A model generated the notes under the pieces. It saw only the letters and a program-made list of their open reading frames with translations. It did no database searches and was not told the origin of the DNA. Below are positions 39,472 to 52,376 of a stretch of 64,000 nt of DNA, piece by piece (within the stretch, counting starts at the first letter, position 1; each line of letters starts with the position of its first letter). The DNA is from Geosiphon pyriformis uo1. Its lineage: Eukaryota; Fungi; Glomeromycota. A program made the translations under genes and the position numbers. The DNA is taken from the NCBI GenBank assembly GCA_016748015.1, contig JAAOMT010000334.1, forward strand, positions 12,976-76,975, read 5' to 3'.

Positions 39472-40954
39472 TCAAAACTTACCACAATAACCCATTATGA
39501 TCCCGAAATATGGACCAAAGTGATTAATTGTACTTGAGTCTGTAATTGATTGTCCAGAATTACATTCCTAAAATTATTTTCCATATAAATGTAATAATAA
39601 TAATAATAATATAAGGTTTAATTACCCTCATAAAAAATTTAAAAAAAAGGACAATTTATTTTCTGCACTAACCGTATTTTCTATAGCTTGATCATTACCA
39701 GGAATCCAAAACTTTTCCTGAATAAATTCTTGCACTCTAATTAACTTTTTTTCTTCATTTTCTTTGAATCGTCCACAATCCCATATAATTTCATTAGAAA
39801 ATATTGTATTTTGAGAGCAATCACAATCATTTGGTCCAATCCATATTTCACTTTCATGATGTTTCATTATTGAGTTCTCATTTTCAATTGGAGGAAAATG
39901 TGGGAAGTAATCATTTTGATGAGTTATTCTTGTGACCTTTACTAGTTCATTCATCATTCTAGCAAACATTATATTTCCAGTTCTTGGTTGACCAAAAGTA
40001 AGAATTGAAATTTCAATTGATTCGTTTAACAGATGGATTGGTGATATAAATACGCGTAAAAGATTCATTATTGCGTATGATAGGCCTGCTATCGCGGCAT
40101 AAGCTGGGTTTTTTTTTCCGATTTAAAAAGAAAAGAGACTTAGAATTAGCAAAATAAATATATAATACTCTAACTCTTCATTATTTGAACTAACCACCAC
40201 CAACACCATGTCCACAGAAAATTATCTTTTTATATCCCGTACGCATAAACAGAAAATTCATTTTGTTTAAAATAGGTCTCATCATAATTGAAACATCAAT
40301 AAACCATTCTTGATCCACTTTTACTAGTTCGTTTTTCTTCATTCCTTCCGTACTAAATGTTACAAGCTGGTTTTTTCTATCTTGCCACTGTGTTTTTGTG
40401 AAATGGGGACCTTTAAAGAATGCAATGATTGATTTTTCATTTTTTTCCACTATCATATCAGCTATTAAATTCGTATAAACAAGTAGACAGTGAAAAAATT
40501 TTAAACGAGGTTACTTTATTTCAAAAAATTCCTGAAATTAAAATTGATTGAAAAATAGTTAATTTCACAAAATACCCTTGATTTTGGTCCCTTGTTTTAC
40601 CCGTTCCCCAATTTGATTGTAAGGTAAGCAATAAGGAATATTAGAAGACTCAGCTATCAATTTTAATCGTTGGTATTCCTGGGAGCTGTTAAAGCTTAAT
40701 ACTCTTTTCTTTGGGTAGCCTTCTTCATTATTATCAACTGATCTTTTAAAAAAAAATTTAATGCTATCATTTTCAAATGATTTCACTGAAAGTGAAAATT
40801 GAGGGATTTCTTGAATTTCATTATAAATTTTTTGATTTCTATTAGTTAAAATATGCTGTGAAAAAGAATATATGTATTCTAAAGAGTTGAAATAATAAAA
40901 TATTTTCGTTAGAAAAATAATTTTAAATATGAATATCAAAAAGAGCTGTTGCAT
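39472..40954 (-). CDS. Class-3 lipase-fold protein lacking the nucleophile Ser; 4 exons; signal peptide
   Basis: Same intron positions as 5559-7177. Motifs IPYC, IAFFKG, IIFCGHGVGGAYA, ILTFGQPRTGN, RITHQNDYFP, HHESEIWI, CDC, NHFGPYFG. Confidence 0.85.
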
Positions 40955-43900
40955 TTTTAGTGTTATCTGTATATTCCTAAATCTACTTGAAAAGATTACC
41001 CTCCGATATCTTGAAAATGTATGCTATGTTATTTAAGTGGGAAAAAACCTACTCACAAGGCAACGTTTTCCTAGGATTCGCTAATGGGCAGTGATGATTT
41101 GATCAAATAAAAGTATTTAAAAAAAATTAGAAATTGAAAAAGAAATCCAACCTCGGTATGAACTTTCAATTTATTTGGTCAAATCCTGTTTTTATTACAT
41201 ATATTAGGTTTATAATAATCATTATTTACTTTTTAGCCACATTGGGTTCCGGAATTTTTGTTGAATAATATTTATAATCAATAGGGTTGGATTAAACCGG
41301 GTAAATCCAATTCGTTAGAGACGTCGGATCTTTCATGTTTGTGTTTTTGATTCAGGTTAATGATTCGACCTACTGTATATTTATTATTTTATGCGTTTTT
41401 TTGTACTGGTCACTTTCTATGTTTATACCTAAAGATAATTTAACACAAATGATTATTGAAATAAAAACAAGTAACAATACGAGTATTTTATCCATCATAA
41501 TTTTTGAAAGTAAAAGGTGAAGTAACAAGCAATCTTTTAACCTTGAATAGTTTATTTGAAAAAGAGAGAAAATTTTGTTCATTACATGTTTTACTTTTAA
41601 GTTGAACTAAAATTTATAATTTTTATAATATAAATTTTCTTTTAATTATAATAGAAAAAAGGGAAAATAAAAGAATAATGATTCATTATTAAAAAATAAA
41701 TTTTGGCATCATTTACCCAAAAATTATTTACAAAAAAGCATCAAAGAGAAACATACAAGTTTTTTATTAATAAAACATTAATTAAAATAATTTTAATATT
41801 ATTTTAATTAAAATGCAATATTAAACTTATTATTGGAAATTTTTATATTACAATTTTTTCATTATTATATTAAAAATTACATAATAATAAAATAATAATC
41901 AATCATTTACAATTATAAAAAATAACTACTTTTAATAACTATCTTAAATGGTGATTTTATGCATCATATTAATGATCTTAAAATAAATTTAACCTTTCGA
42001 ATTTTCATCTAAAAAATTTTGTTTTGATAATTAAACGTTGAAAAAAATTATATTTGTGCTTTCACTATTACAGTCTATTGAAAATACACATTTGGTTGAC
42101 CACCTGATCCTGAGTTGATCGAATAACATTCAATTCGATATTTTCACAAACAATGTCAAATATGCTGTTCCACCAAGTCGGGTGTGCAAGCTGCGTCATG
42201 AGCACGGAAAATACATATTAAGGATCTATAAAGACGTTTAAATATAGTTTTGACAAGCATGTAACAAAAGTCAGTTCTGTGAGTTGAATTTTGAAAATGA
42301 TTTGATGCGACGCTGTAATATGAACAGCTGAAAAAGCAACTCAATATGGTTATCAATTGCTTTAACTCCTTTTGAGTCTTATGCATTACATAATAAAATT
42401 TCCAATTCAAACAATAATTTTTATAACATATTCTTATCTTTCCCAATTCAGATGTTCCAAAAAGGACCAAAAAGTGGTTGCTGTATTCTTAATTGCAGAC
42501 AGAACATCTGAAGCCTAAGTAATCGATTGGTGTGTTGGTTCAATACCTTCCGGGAGGTTTTATAATAAGATTTTTTGCAAAAGCAGCTGGTAAGGCTGTT
42601 TTAAGGGAATTTTGGCTGCTGGAATGTTAGATGGCAATGGAATTTGCCATAACATCTGGTACTTGCAATTGATTTTATTCTCAAAAAGCTTATTATAGCT
42701 AGGTAAAAGAAAATGCAAAAGGAAGGAGGAAAAGGCACAAGTTAGCCAACGCTTTAAACAGGATACCTTCAATATATATTTTTTCCTTCTGTTCTTAAAG
42801 AACTTATGTCAAAAAGCGGCTAATATTTGGGTTACGTCGGCTTTTTCACACTGGTGCATGATTGGTGTGAAACAATAGCTGCCAAAAAGCTCGGACTTAA
42901 TAAAACTTATGAGTGAAAACAGGCAGTACGATTATGACGTGAATGTACTCCCTATCAGAAAGTGTTCTTTAGATGTCGATATCAGCAAAGAATTGCATTT
43001 AAGCATTTTCCATTACTGGTAGAAATGTTCGCCTGACAATTTTTACATTTCAAGCTTTAAAGAATGTGTAACATGAGAAATAGCAAATAATTAATGACTA
43101 GCATATGATTTGAAAAACAATAATTTTGCTTTTAAATAATTTCCATTAAAGAAATGAAATTTAACAATTTAAAACCTATAGATAATATTTTTAATTTATA
43201 AGAAAAATTTATATTGATAGATAATTTTCTTATTTACTTGTTTTATTTATTTCATTTTTATTTAATTATAATTCAAGAATTTTCACTTAATTCATTCATA
43301 ATAATTAATATTTATTATGAGTTAAGTGAATCCAAACTACCAATTTGTTCAATGCCCTACCCAATCTTAGATCTACTACACTCTCAACTCCAATTTTATT
43401 TTATTGACCAAAAAATTCTGCAGCTTTTAAATTGAAATAAATAAATTAATATTTAATAAGAAAACAAAAACATAGTGGTAACTAATCATTCTTAATTTTT
43501 AAATTTTAATTTCTTTTTATAATAAAACATCTTATAATCAATATACTAGATAAAAATTAGAGGTACAGCAATTTTTGTATAATTTTTGCTTGAAAAATAT
43601 GTTTATGTTTTTTCTGTGGTGAAATCTTCTGATTCAAAAATTATAGTTGAATTTTTATTAGCTATTTGGATAATTTAATTTGAGTAATTTTTGAATTAAA
43701 AAAGAATTTTTTCCAAAGAGGCTTTTTTTGTTCTTACACATTTGACCTAGATCAAAATTGCTTAGATAATCATAAATTTCTTTTTTAATCAAAAATTCAG
43801 GTTTAAAAACACTACATTATTAATATATATAAATTATCATGACTATACTCTGCGGCCTTTTACTTTTAGCACACCATTTTGAGAAGCCTTTTATTTCTTT

Positions 43901-44419
43901 TATGGTTTTTTATTATGATCAACTAATTCATGGACTTGCGAAAGTTTGAAATTTTCAGATTGTTATAAATAAAATAATAATAAGGAGTTGGATTATAAAC
44001 TGGAAATCTTAAAGATATCTTGGAGCAAATTAATTTTATTAGGAATCATTTGCTAGTCAGGGTTAGTCTTGTATTTATTTGAAAAACTTTATTCTCAAAA
44101 TGATATCAAAAATGCTAAAGCGAACAAATATTGTCTGGTTGAGAACATTTACTTTTGAATTTAGTTTTGAGTAATTTTTTTAGTACCATAGACTCAATTT
44201 TGTAACGATTTAGACTTTATAAGGATTAAGATTTGGAACTAAAGTCCTGGGAGAAGTTCTTAAATCAATAGGGATGAATTTTCTTATCGCATCTTGATTT
44301 GCATTTTCGATTTTGAAAGCTCAAAGTAGCGTACTTGAGAGACAAAGTAGCTTGACTTTAGCCTGGCAAGAGTTTTCATTAAAAAAAAGAAAAATTAGAA
44401 ATGGTGAAACATTTTGTAT

Positions 44420-44608
44420 TTATAAATTGAACTCGATTGAAAATATCGGGATTTTCGTACCGATTCTCATCAAAAAATTCTAAACCCCAGGAGCCCAACG
44501 AGAAGTTTCTTTAACGAGCAATTGGATATATAGAAGGTAAGTAAAGTCTGAAGTAGTTGGCAAATGTTCATGCCCTACTACTCTATCTAATTCTTCATAA
44601 GCTTTTTG
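44420..44608 (-). pseudogene. Cytochrome P450 fragment (J/K helices + meander)
   Basis: QKAYEELDRVVGHEHLPTTSDFTYLLYIQLLVKETSRWAP* (ExxR motif), then FDENRYENPDIFN; the rest of the gene is not recognisable. Confidence 0.75.
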
Positions 44609-46376
44609 CTAAAAATACCTCAGAAAAAAATTATTGAAAAGCAAAGATTCATTTACTAACCTAAAAGCATTATTTTTCTATACCATTCTTTATATTTTCA
44701 ATACTGTATTAGCAATCTACATTATAATTACTGATGTTTCATGGTTCATTATAGATTTTGAGGATGTGTTTCATACTTCCTCAAATATTCCAACAGACAG
44801 TTGCCTTGCGAAAATCATGCGCTAGAGATTTTTCAATCGGTTCACACAGAGAGTTTTAATATCTGGTCTGTCATATATCTGATTAAGACAGCTTCAGGTA
44901 GGAATTAATCAAATATAAAAGAATAAACTTGATAGTAAAAAATCATCTAGAAATACCATCGGCTGAAGTGACATTACAGTGGCTTTAGAGCAATTATGGA
45001 GATGTTCTCAGAGGACTGAATTATTATTAGAATATAAAATAGCTATGTCCTTATTAATTTCTAAATTTTTATGCTAGAGCTTAAGCTACGACACAAGTAA
45101 TTTGAGTTTTTCAATCCTATCTATTTTCAAGTTCATGACTATAAAAAATTAAGCCTTTTATTCTTATAACGAAAAAACACATATTTGGTTCAACGTCGAA
45201 CCCAAGAAAATTATCATTCAATGTTACTAAAAACACTCAATCCAGAACATTTAAAACTCTTATCATAATGAATACTCTTTTATTTAATAAAATATACTAA
45301 AATATTGAATAATGCATTGCAAAAACTTTAGTTTTAAAACAATATAAAAGAATTATTGGATTTTACTAATATTATTTCCACAACTTTATTGAAATTCAGA
45401 AGAAACAGTAATATGTTTTTATTTATAAAAATACACATCTTAAAGGTGAAAGATGCATAAAATGTATTTATTTTTACAAAAATTTCATATAAAGCAAGTT
45501 TCAAAGTAAAAACCAACTGATCAATCTTTCATTTAAGTTTGAAATCCTCAATTAATAAAAGTATTATTGTCATTACTTGAATTAGCCTTGAATTTGCTAA
45601 TGGTTTTTTATCCATTTGTTTCTTTTGGCCATTTTATTTGCAATAAATCGTTTAAGAATTGAAAAATTAAAGAGGAAGAATGTTAAATCTGTCTATCAAA
45701 GTGAGAGAATATACCAAAATATAAAATTTTCCAGGCAGACCAAACTTGCTTACAACTTGGATTCCGAATTAATTTTGTTAACAAAGCTTATTATCTCAAT
45801 TTTCTTGCTAAAATTTAATAATAAGATGAAAATTGAGTTAAAGAATAATTGATTTAAATCAATCATTGCAAAGCAATTATCTAACAAACAACTAAATAGA
45901 ATATGTGAACATATTCTTTTACCAATACAAATCTATTGAGAGTCTTATGTTTTGTTGTCTTTCTTCTCAAGTAATGCTTTCCAATGAGCTAGCCAACCTG
46001 TTATCAATGAAATTGCTAGTTAAACAATGAAATTTGTGTTATGAACAAAAACATAAGTTAAAACACTTACCAAATAAAACTGGAAACATATCCTATTGCT
46101 TTATGGATATATTCAGAGTAGAAATTAATATTTGTATAAATCAGTAAAAAGATAGCTGCAGATGTATCAAAGACGTTTGCCCTTTTTTTAGTGTTGCATC
46201 GTTAGTTGCCAAAAAAAATTTCGTACACAATCGAAAATTAATCGGTCCATCCGGTCAGGTCCCGTCCAGGATCATCCAAAAGGATGATCCGAAAACAGAA
46301 GATTAGGCCATTAATTTTCATTAGATTGCGTTTAAGACCTCCTTTGAACATTAGTGTTAATAGTTTGTCTATTGTA

Positions 46377-46453
46377 CAGTAGACACTAAAAGTAACGCCC
46401 ACTTTTGTATAGTAATACATATAAAAATCGGACGTTACTTTCAGTGCCTATTG
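46377..46453. mobile_element. 77-bp MITE-like element with Tc1/mariner-type TIRs and TA flanks
   Basis: TA|CAGTAGACACTAAAAGTAACGCCC...GGACGTTACTTTCAGTGCCTATTG|TA: imperfect ~33-bp inverted arms. Confidence 0.7.
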
Positions 46454-47104
46454 TACATATATATTGACGAAACTCAAGCTACTTTATTATTATATGTGCG
46501 CAACAAATATTGCAATTGTATCGGAACATGATACAACAGCATATTTTTTATTCATCAAAGACACCGAAGAGATCTGCTTTACCGAAGCCAATAGCTATGG
46601 GCACCGTCGTTGGTTAATTTCACTTGAGTTATGTTGATTTTCCGATTAGTACCTCTTATATTAACAGAAATGTCTTGTAATAATTTTCAAAGATGAAAAC
46701 TCGATAAATATCGCATCGCACTAAAATTATATTGCTCTAAACAATGAACAACTTTGTAATGAAAAAATGGTATGTTCGAAATTCATAACTAATTCTTTTT
46801 GTGTCACGATCGTTTATAGTATGTCGCGTTCATTTTTTTGTGTTCATGATAAAAATATCACCAACGCTGAACGTTAATCTTTGTATTACTAAATAATAAC
46901 CTATAGAATCATCTGGTTTGTCACATGACTAAAATTACTGCGGGACCGACGATTAACATCCCCTGTCAACTATCTGGGGATAACATATCTAATCAATGAT
47001 ATCAAGTTTGAGCTTAAAATATTTGGTTATTAATCAAACATCTGACGTCCTCAGATCATTTGATATTGAACGTGCTATTCCAAAGTCTTAATAACAACAA
47101 AATT

Positions 47105-49486
47105 ATGGACAACTTTTCTGGTGAAAATAGTAAGTATCAAAGAAGAAAACCTTATTTGGCAAGAGAAATAACTGAACTTGTAACTCTTTATTCCTACTTT
47201 TGACAGTTTTTATCGAGTACTTTAAGAAAACCTCCTCTGAAAAATGGTCATATTGGCATTTCTTGCGATCCAACCAGGCTGAAATCATCACATTGCCACC
47301 TTTTTCAGATGAATGGACCGGTCTTGATGGTGCTTGGCAAAGACGTTTTTTTTACAAGGCTAAAGAGATGCCACAATGGGAGGATTTAAACTGGAAGGTT
47401 ATTATATTTGTTTCTTTGGTTGGGTGGGGAAATTAATTAGCACAAATATTAATCATTATGTTTCAATAATTATAGCTTCCAGAAAATAGCCAGCTATATT
47501 CTTTTTGGGATCACATTATTCAGAGCCGCAAATTCGATGCAATTGATTCGAAAATTTTCAGCCTAGGAAAACGTAGCGTTTTTAATGAGGTAAGTAAATT
47601 AGGGCAGTAAAATGGTTCACATTATTGTACTATTTTTAATATAAGGAAATAGGAAAAGGAAATAAGACAAGATTTCTTAACACAGAAAAAGGTACAAATA
47701 TAAATTTTCTAAGCGTATTATTCTAAATTAAAACAGATTCTTTTAACCAATTTTTTTAATCATTGTTTGTTGATTTGCAGTTAAAGACAAATGTTGATGG
47801 GAAAAAGAAATCTCAAATATATGATAACGAGTTGTTTTCAAGACATAATAAAGAAGAAATGGTATTTAATTATTAAATATTTCTTCTCTTAAGTCAAATT
47901 AGCCTGTTTTTATTATCAGTTTTTTAGACACCCAATTCTCCTCCGACAAGAAAATATTCTACTTGTTTACCACAATTTTCATTACCTTCATCACACCAAA
48001 ATATTGGAAACATTTCTGATGATGAAGCAGACTTTGATTCAGCTACTTCAAGTATACAAGTTAACTGTCCTATCATTATTAATGATATAGTGGAGTTGCA
48101 ATTAGGATCCTTGCCTTGTGAAAAATCTCGATGGATCATAAACAATTTGGATATTTCTAAAAAATGGCATATATTTAAGGGGGAATCCTTGAAATTAGCA
48201 AAGGATAATGGTCTTTTTTTTGAAAGCCATGTTCAGCAGATATTGTATGTTTTAATCTTTTCATTTTGCAATTGGTTTATACTTTTACTTTTTTATTCAT
48301 TTCCTTCTACTATTTTCAAACTCTTCTCTAACTTTATATTATAGATCTTTATCACATATTCTTTTATTAAAGCCCAAACAACATTGCCCTTTAATGGTCA
48401 AAATATTTAGTGCTGAATTATTGGATACGATGCACAAGGATGTTATGCAAAGGCTTACTAAGTGCAAAACAGAGTTTAATGCTGAAGTTTTCTTAAAGAT
48501 TATTCCTATTGTCAAGGTATATTGTTTTTTTTTTTGCCCTTATTTAATGTGAAAAAAAGAGAAAATTTAATTTTATCTCTTTTTTGTTACAGTGCCTGCA
48601 AAGAGAAGAAATTACAAGAAAAAATGCAGTTTTAAAACTACAAATGCTTGCAACTGACTGTGCCTATGGAGAGTGCGCTATTTTACAGGCTATTGAAAAC
48701 ATGTAAGATTGGGCTAAACTGTTGAGAAAGAGAAGTCATTTAATAGTATTAACACATTTTAATTAGTATTCAAAGAGTACCGACAATAACATTAAAATCC
48801 CCTATTGGCGAAGTAGAATTATGTACTGCTTACATAGATCCCGTTCTTAGCCCAATTTTTGGGGATCCTGATCGTGGTGTATTCTTGCGATGGTCCAATA
48901 AAGAGGCGCCGGAATCCAAGAATAGGAAGTCAACAGGGAGGGCCAAGCAACCGGATGCCATCATTAGTGACATTAATCAACTTTCTTGGGGCTCGAGCAG
49001 AGGACATGGCGAGGTAAAAGCGCAAGAAGAAATCAATAATCTCTACAGCCTATGCACTGATCTTGTCCGAGTGGCTGTGCTCAATAAAGATGCTATTGAT
49101 TTTTTTAACATGAATTGTATTCTCGGATTTCAAGTCGTTGGTAAGGTTTTTAACATTAGTTTTTTTTTATCAAAAATCATACTAATAAGAGCTTAATAGG
49201 GCAACATATCACATTTTACCTCACCACTCTTTTATATGATGGCATGTATGTTATGGTGGAGGTTGGTCTTCTTAATGTGCCGATGTCACTTGAGGAGCTT
49301 CCGGCTTTTCTTACAAGTCTTGACACACTTCTCGTTGTCTCCAATGCATTTTGGACCAATTGTGCTATGTCCCGTCCTGCTGCAGAAATGGAGCCAAACA
49401 AGCGCAGCACACTTGCAACACCAAATTTCAAAGAACTGGTTGGGAAAAGCCGTGATCGATATCATTCTTGTGAAATACGATTCTAA
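47105..49486 (+). CDS. PD-(D/E)xK restriction-endonuclease-fold protein (Crinkler-like C-terminal domain type), 10 exons, apparently intact
   Basis: Ten exons splice in frame from MDNFSVFIEYF to HSCEIRF*. C-terminal GEVEL...YIDPVL...QPDAII...GHGEVK...DLVRVA...GFQVVG...DGMYVMVEV. Confidence 0.75.
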
Positions 49487-49859
49487 TAATAATGTTAACG
49501 AGTTAAAGGGAATGTTAGAAAATTTATCTAAGCACAAAAACAAAATATTGTTTATAATATGCTGTGTATCAAATGGGTCAACCGCTTATTTGTTTTATTA
49601 TATGATGGAAAAATTACTTTAAAATTTCAAGGTTTACTCTAAGATCTTTTATTTCCACATATAACGGATGGAATAATTTCTTGTTTTCATTGAGAATGAA
49701 GTAAATTCAAAAACTAAATCCTTTTAATTTTTTAATTAGAAGTTACAGTGGATGAATTAGATCTGGAGCATATTATGTAAGAATAAATTTCGTTGAGGAT
49801 TTCAATTTATTTAATTTGAGAGATTAATCTAAACTCTACTCAAAATTCTTTTGAATTCA

Positions 49860-50626
49860 GATATCCTAGTAAATATTACATATACAATTGTACCCTATGA
49901 CCTTTTTGTACAATCTGGTTCAGGGCTGAACGAAATAATTGGTGGTCATTTGGCGTCCTCTCTTGGAGGGCAAAATGCCAGCTTGGATATTAGCGTTCTT
50001 TATCCCTTGTTTCGCTTTCGGTGCGCTAGCAGTCATGTTTTCTACAGGGGCACGAATCATTATAGCTGCGGTACATTGAGAATATATTCCTTTGTTTTCA
50101 CCAATACTCAGGAAATGGAGTATACGGACATATACTCCTGTAAATGCATTGGTAAGAAATCAAATGGTTTAATGTATGAAAATTTAAGTCTCTATAGCGA
50201 GATCTATAATTTTTTATTTTAGGCGGCCCAAGCTATATGGTGCTTGTTGATTTCATTCTTTGTTCCAACCAATGATCCTTTTAATCAAATACTATCTCAA
50301 CTTTAAAAATTCTTTTGCAAGATATTACGACGAAGAGGAGCGAATAAAAGGTAATTTGTGCCAAAAGCCGTGCTGATTAAATTTTTTCATTTTCACGAAA
50401 TTTATTTTTTTCGCTGCCTTTGTTCCGGATAACAAAGGTCACAATTCGAAACAGAATAATAGCAATACGACTATTATTAGGGGCGACTATATATTGCCCT
50501 TCATACTCTGATAATCAAATCACTCACTACCATTACTATCTTCCATACTTGAAGGGTGTGATAGTAATTGCTATTGGAGCAATTTTTTGGTACTTTTTGC
50601 CCAAATGCGAATCACTTGGAGTTTAA
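49860..50626 (+). pseudogene. Possible decayed MFS (ACS/allantoate-permease-like) transporter
   Basis: Fragments AIRLLLGA, ARYYDEEER, LKGVIVIAIGAIFWYFLPK resemble MFS/ACS motifs; no continuous frame. Confidence 0.35.
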
Positions 50627-51102
50627 ATTTAAAAAATAGTAGCATATTTAGTTTATATTGGTACTTAACAAATAAATTCGGTTTTTAAAGACAGTTAATT
50701 ATTAAAAAGAAGATTTTTGTCTCGAGTCGATAGTAATAATAAAATGAATGAAGCCTTTAATCAAAATTTTAAATTTTTTGGATAATATTGCATGTCAATT
50801 AATGATGAAAATATCGATTTCTAGCTTTTGTACAAGTTTAATTTTCAGATTTTTGCTTTTGAATAAAGTTTTAATAATTAAATTTAGTATTGTGATTGTG
50901 GAATCACAATGACAATTATTTTTTTCAACTTCTTGTAACTGTAAGATTTTTTGGGATAAACATAGAAAAGATGAAAAAATATTCAACATTGATGAAAAAG
51001 TAATAGAAAAATTTATATAAAGGAAACTTTGAATTTTTCACTCATAAACACATTCATATCGAGCATTAATAATTCCATGATAAATCTATTTATTGGCAAT
51101 CG

Positions 51103-51373
51103 TCAAAGATAGCTCACCATAAATAAAAAAGAAATTTTACGATAAGATGATAATATTCGAGAGTTATTTGACATATAAGAAAAATGAAATTTAGGTTCTT
51201 TCAATTCTTCCGTTTTCCTGAAATTATTGTTCTGTTCATTATTTAACTGCTCGATTGGTTGATTAGGAGGGGTGGTTTGACGAATTTCTATCATACCTCG
51301 AATTAATACACTGCTTGTTGAAGGAGTATATGTTCCTTGGTTAGAAAGATAAGAATTTACCGTTTTCTGACAT
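51103..51373 (-). pseudogene. Frameshifted (or N-terminally shortened) paralog of the small Pro-rich ORF at 58524-58772
   Basis: MSENGKFLS / SNQGTYTPSTSSVLIRGMIEIRQTTPPNQP...EELKEPKFHFSYM; one extra T after codon 9 relative to the paralog. Confidence 0.65.
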
Positions 51374-51825
51374 GTTTGAAAAGAATTTTAGTTTTTGAAG
51401 TTATTTGTTTTTTATCTTTTTCTTAACGCGAAATAAAGAGTAATTTATAGAAAATCTTTTTATTTATTGATACTATTTTAGAACGTGAAATGTCTGAAAC
51501 TCTCACGTTTCGGGATTATTAGTTGTAGCCCTTTCCAATGTAATGCAATAATAAAAAATATATGCTCTAATAGCCATGAGATTATATCATTCGAATACTC
51601 TTTTCTTCTGTTCTATTCTGAGGAAGAATCTTTTTCACTGTCAAAGTTTCCGAAGAATCTTGATCAAAAAATTGTAACACATGATATTTTTAGGGAGTTT
51701 ACAGTTGTTGAAAGTTTACAATAGCTACCTTGATCTTCTGAAATATTCTAACTATTCATACAGAAAATTATTGATATATCTTAATAAAGGCAACTTATTT
51801 TAATTGCTTGTATCCTCAACGCAAG

Positions 51826-52376
51826 TTGGCGTTTTAGGTAATTCATAAAGAATCTCTGCTGAGATAATTAAGATTAAAAGTTACACGGATTCATATCACA
51901 TAAACCATAAGGCATTTTAAATGTTTATATAAAAAGCTCTATCAAATATTTTCATGATATTCATCTTTAAAGTTTGTGAAGCTCTTTACACCTTCATTCT
52001 TTTATCTAAAAGCATAAAAAATAAAAGGTAAGATTTATAATTGTATCCTTATCCCTTAAGCCATACATGAAAGACGCTTACCAACATCTCTTCAAGTAAT
52101 ATATTTTCAAAAAATTATTTTAATAAATATAGCTACTTTCCCAACTGAGCTCAAATTTCCGAAAGCTGAAGATATTGTACAACCAAGGAAAACACATATA
52201 GTAAATGCCCCTTCTTTACTTTAGGAGGGAATTCTAAAAAAACGCTCCACGTAAAATAGATAATAATAATTACATTTCTATTCTAGCAGGTAGGACCATG
52301 GAAAAATTTCGACTATGGAATGTTTGAAGAATTTCACAAATAGAAAATAATTTTAAAAAAAACGCCTTTTCTAAAT
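51826..52376 (+). pseudogene. Decayed tandem copy of the HMG-box gene, including its upstream region
   Basis: Aligns by eye with ~53846-54465 (ggcgttttaggtaatt.ataaagaatctc; ttcatctttaaa.tttgtgaagctcttta; atatagctactttccc.actgagct; ctttactttaggag); has indels and stops. Confidence 0.85.

Noticed and set aside
41282-41312. TAGGGTTG start resembling a hAT terminal inverted repeat
   Set aside because: No partner TIR or target-site duplication found.
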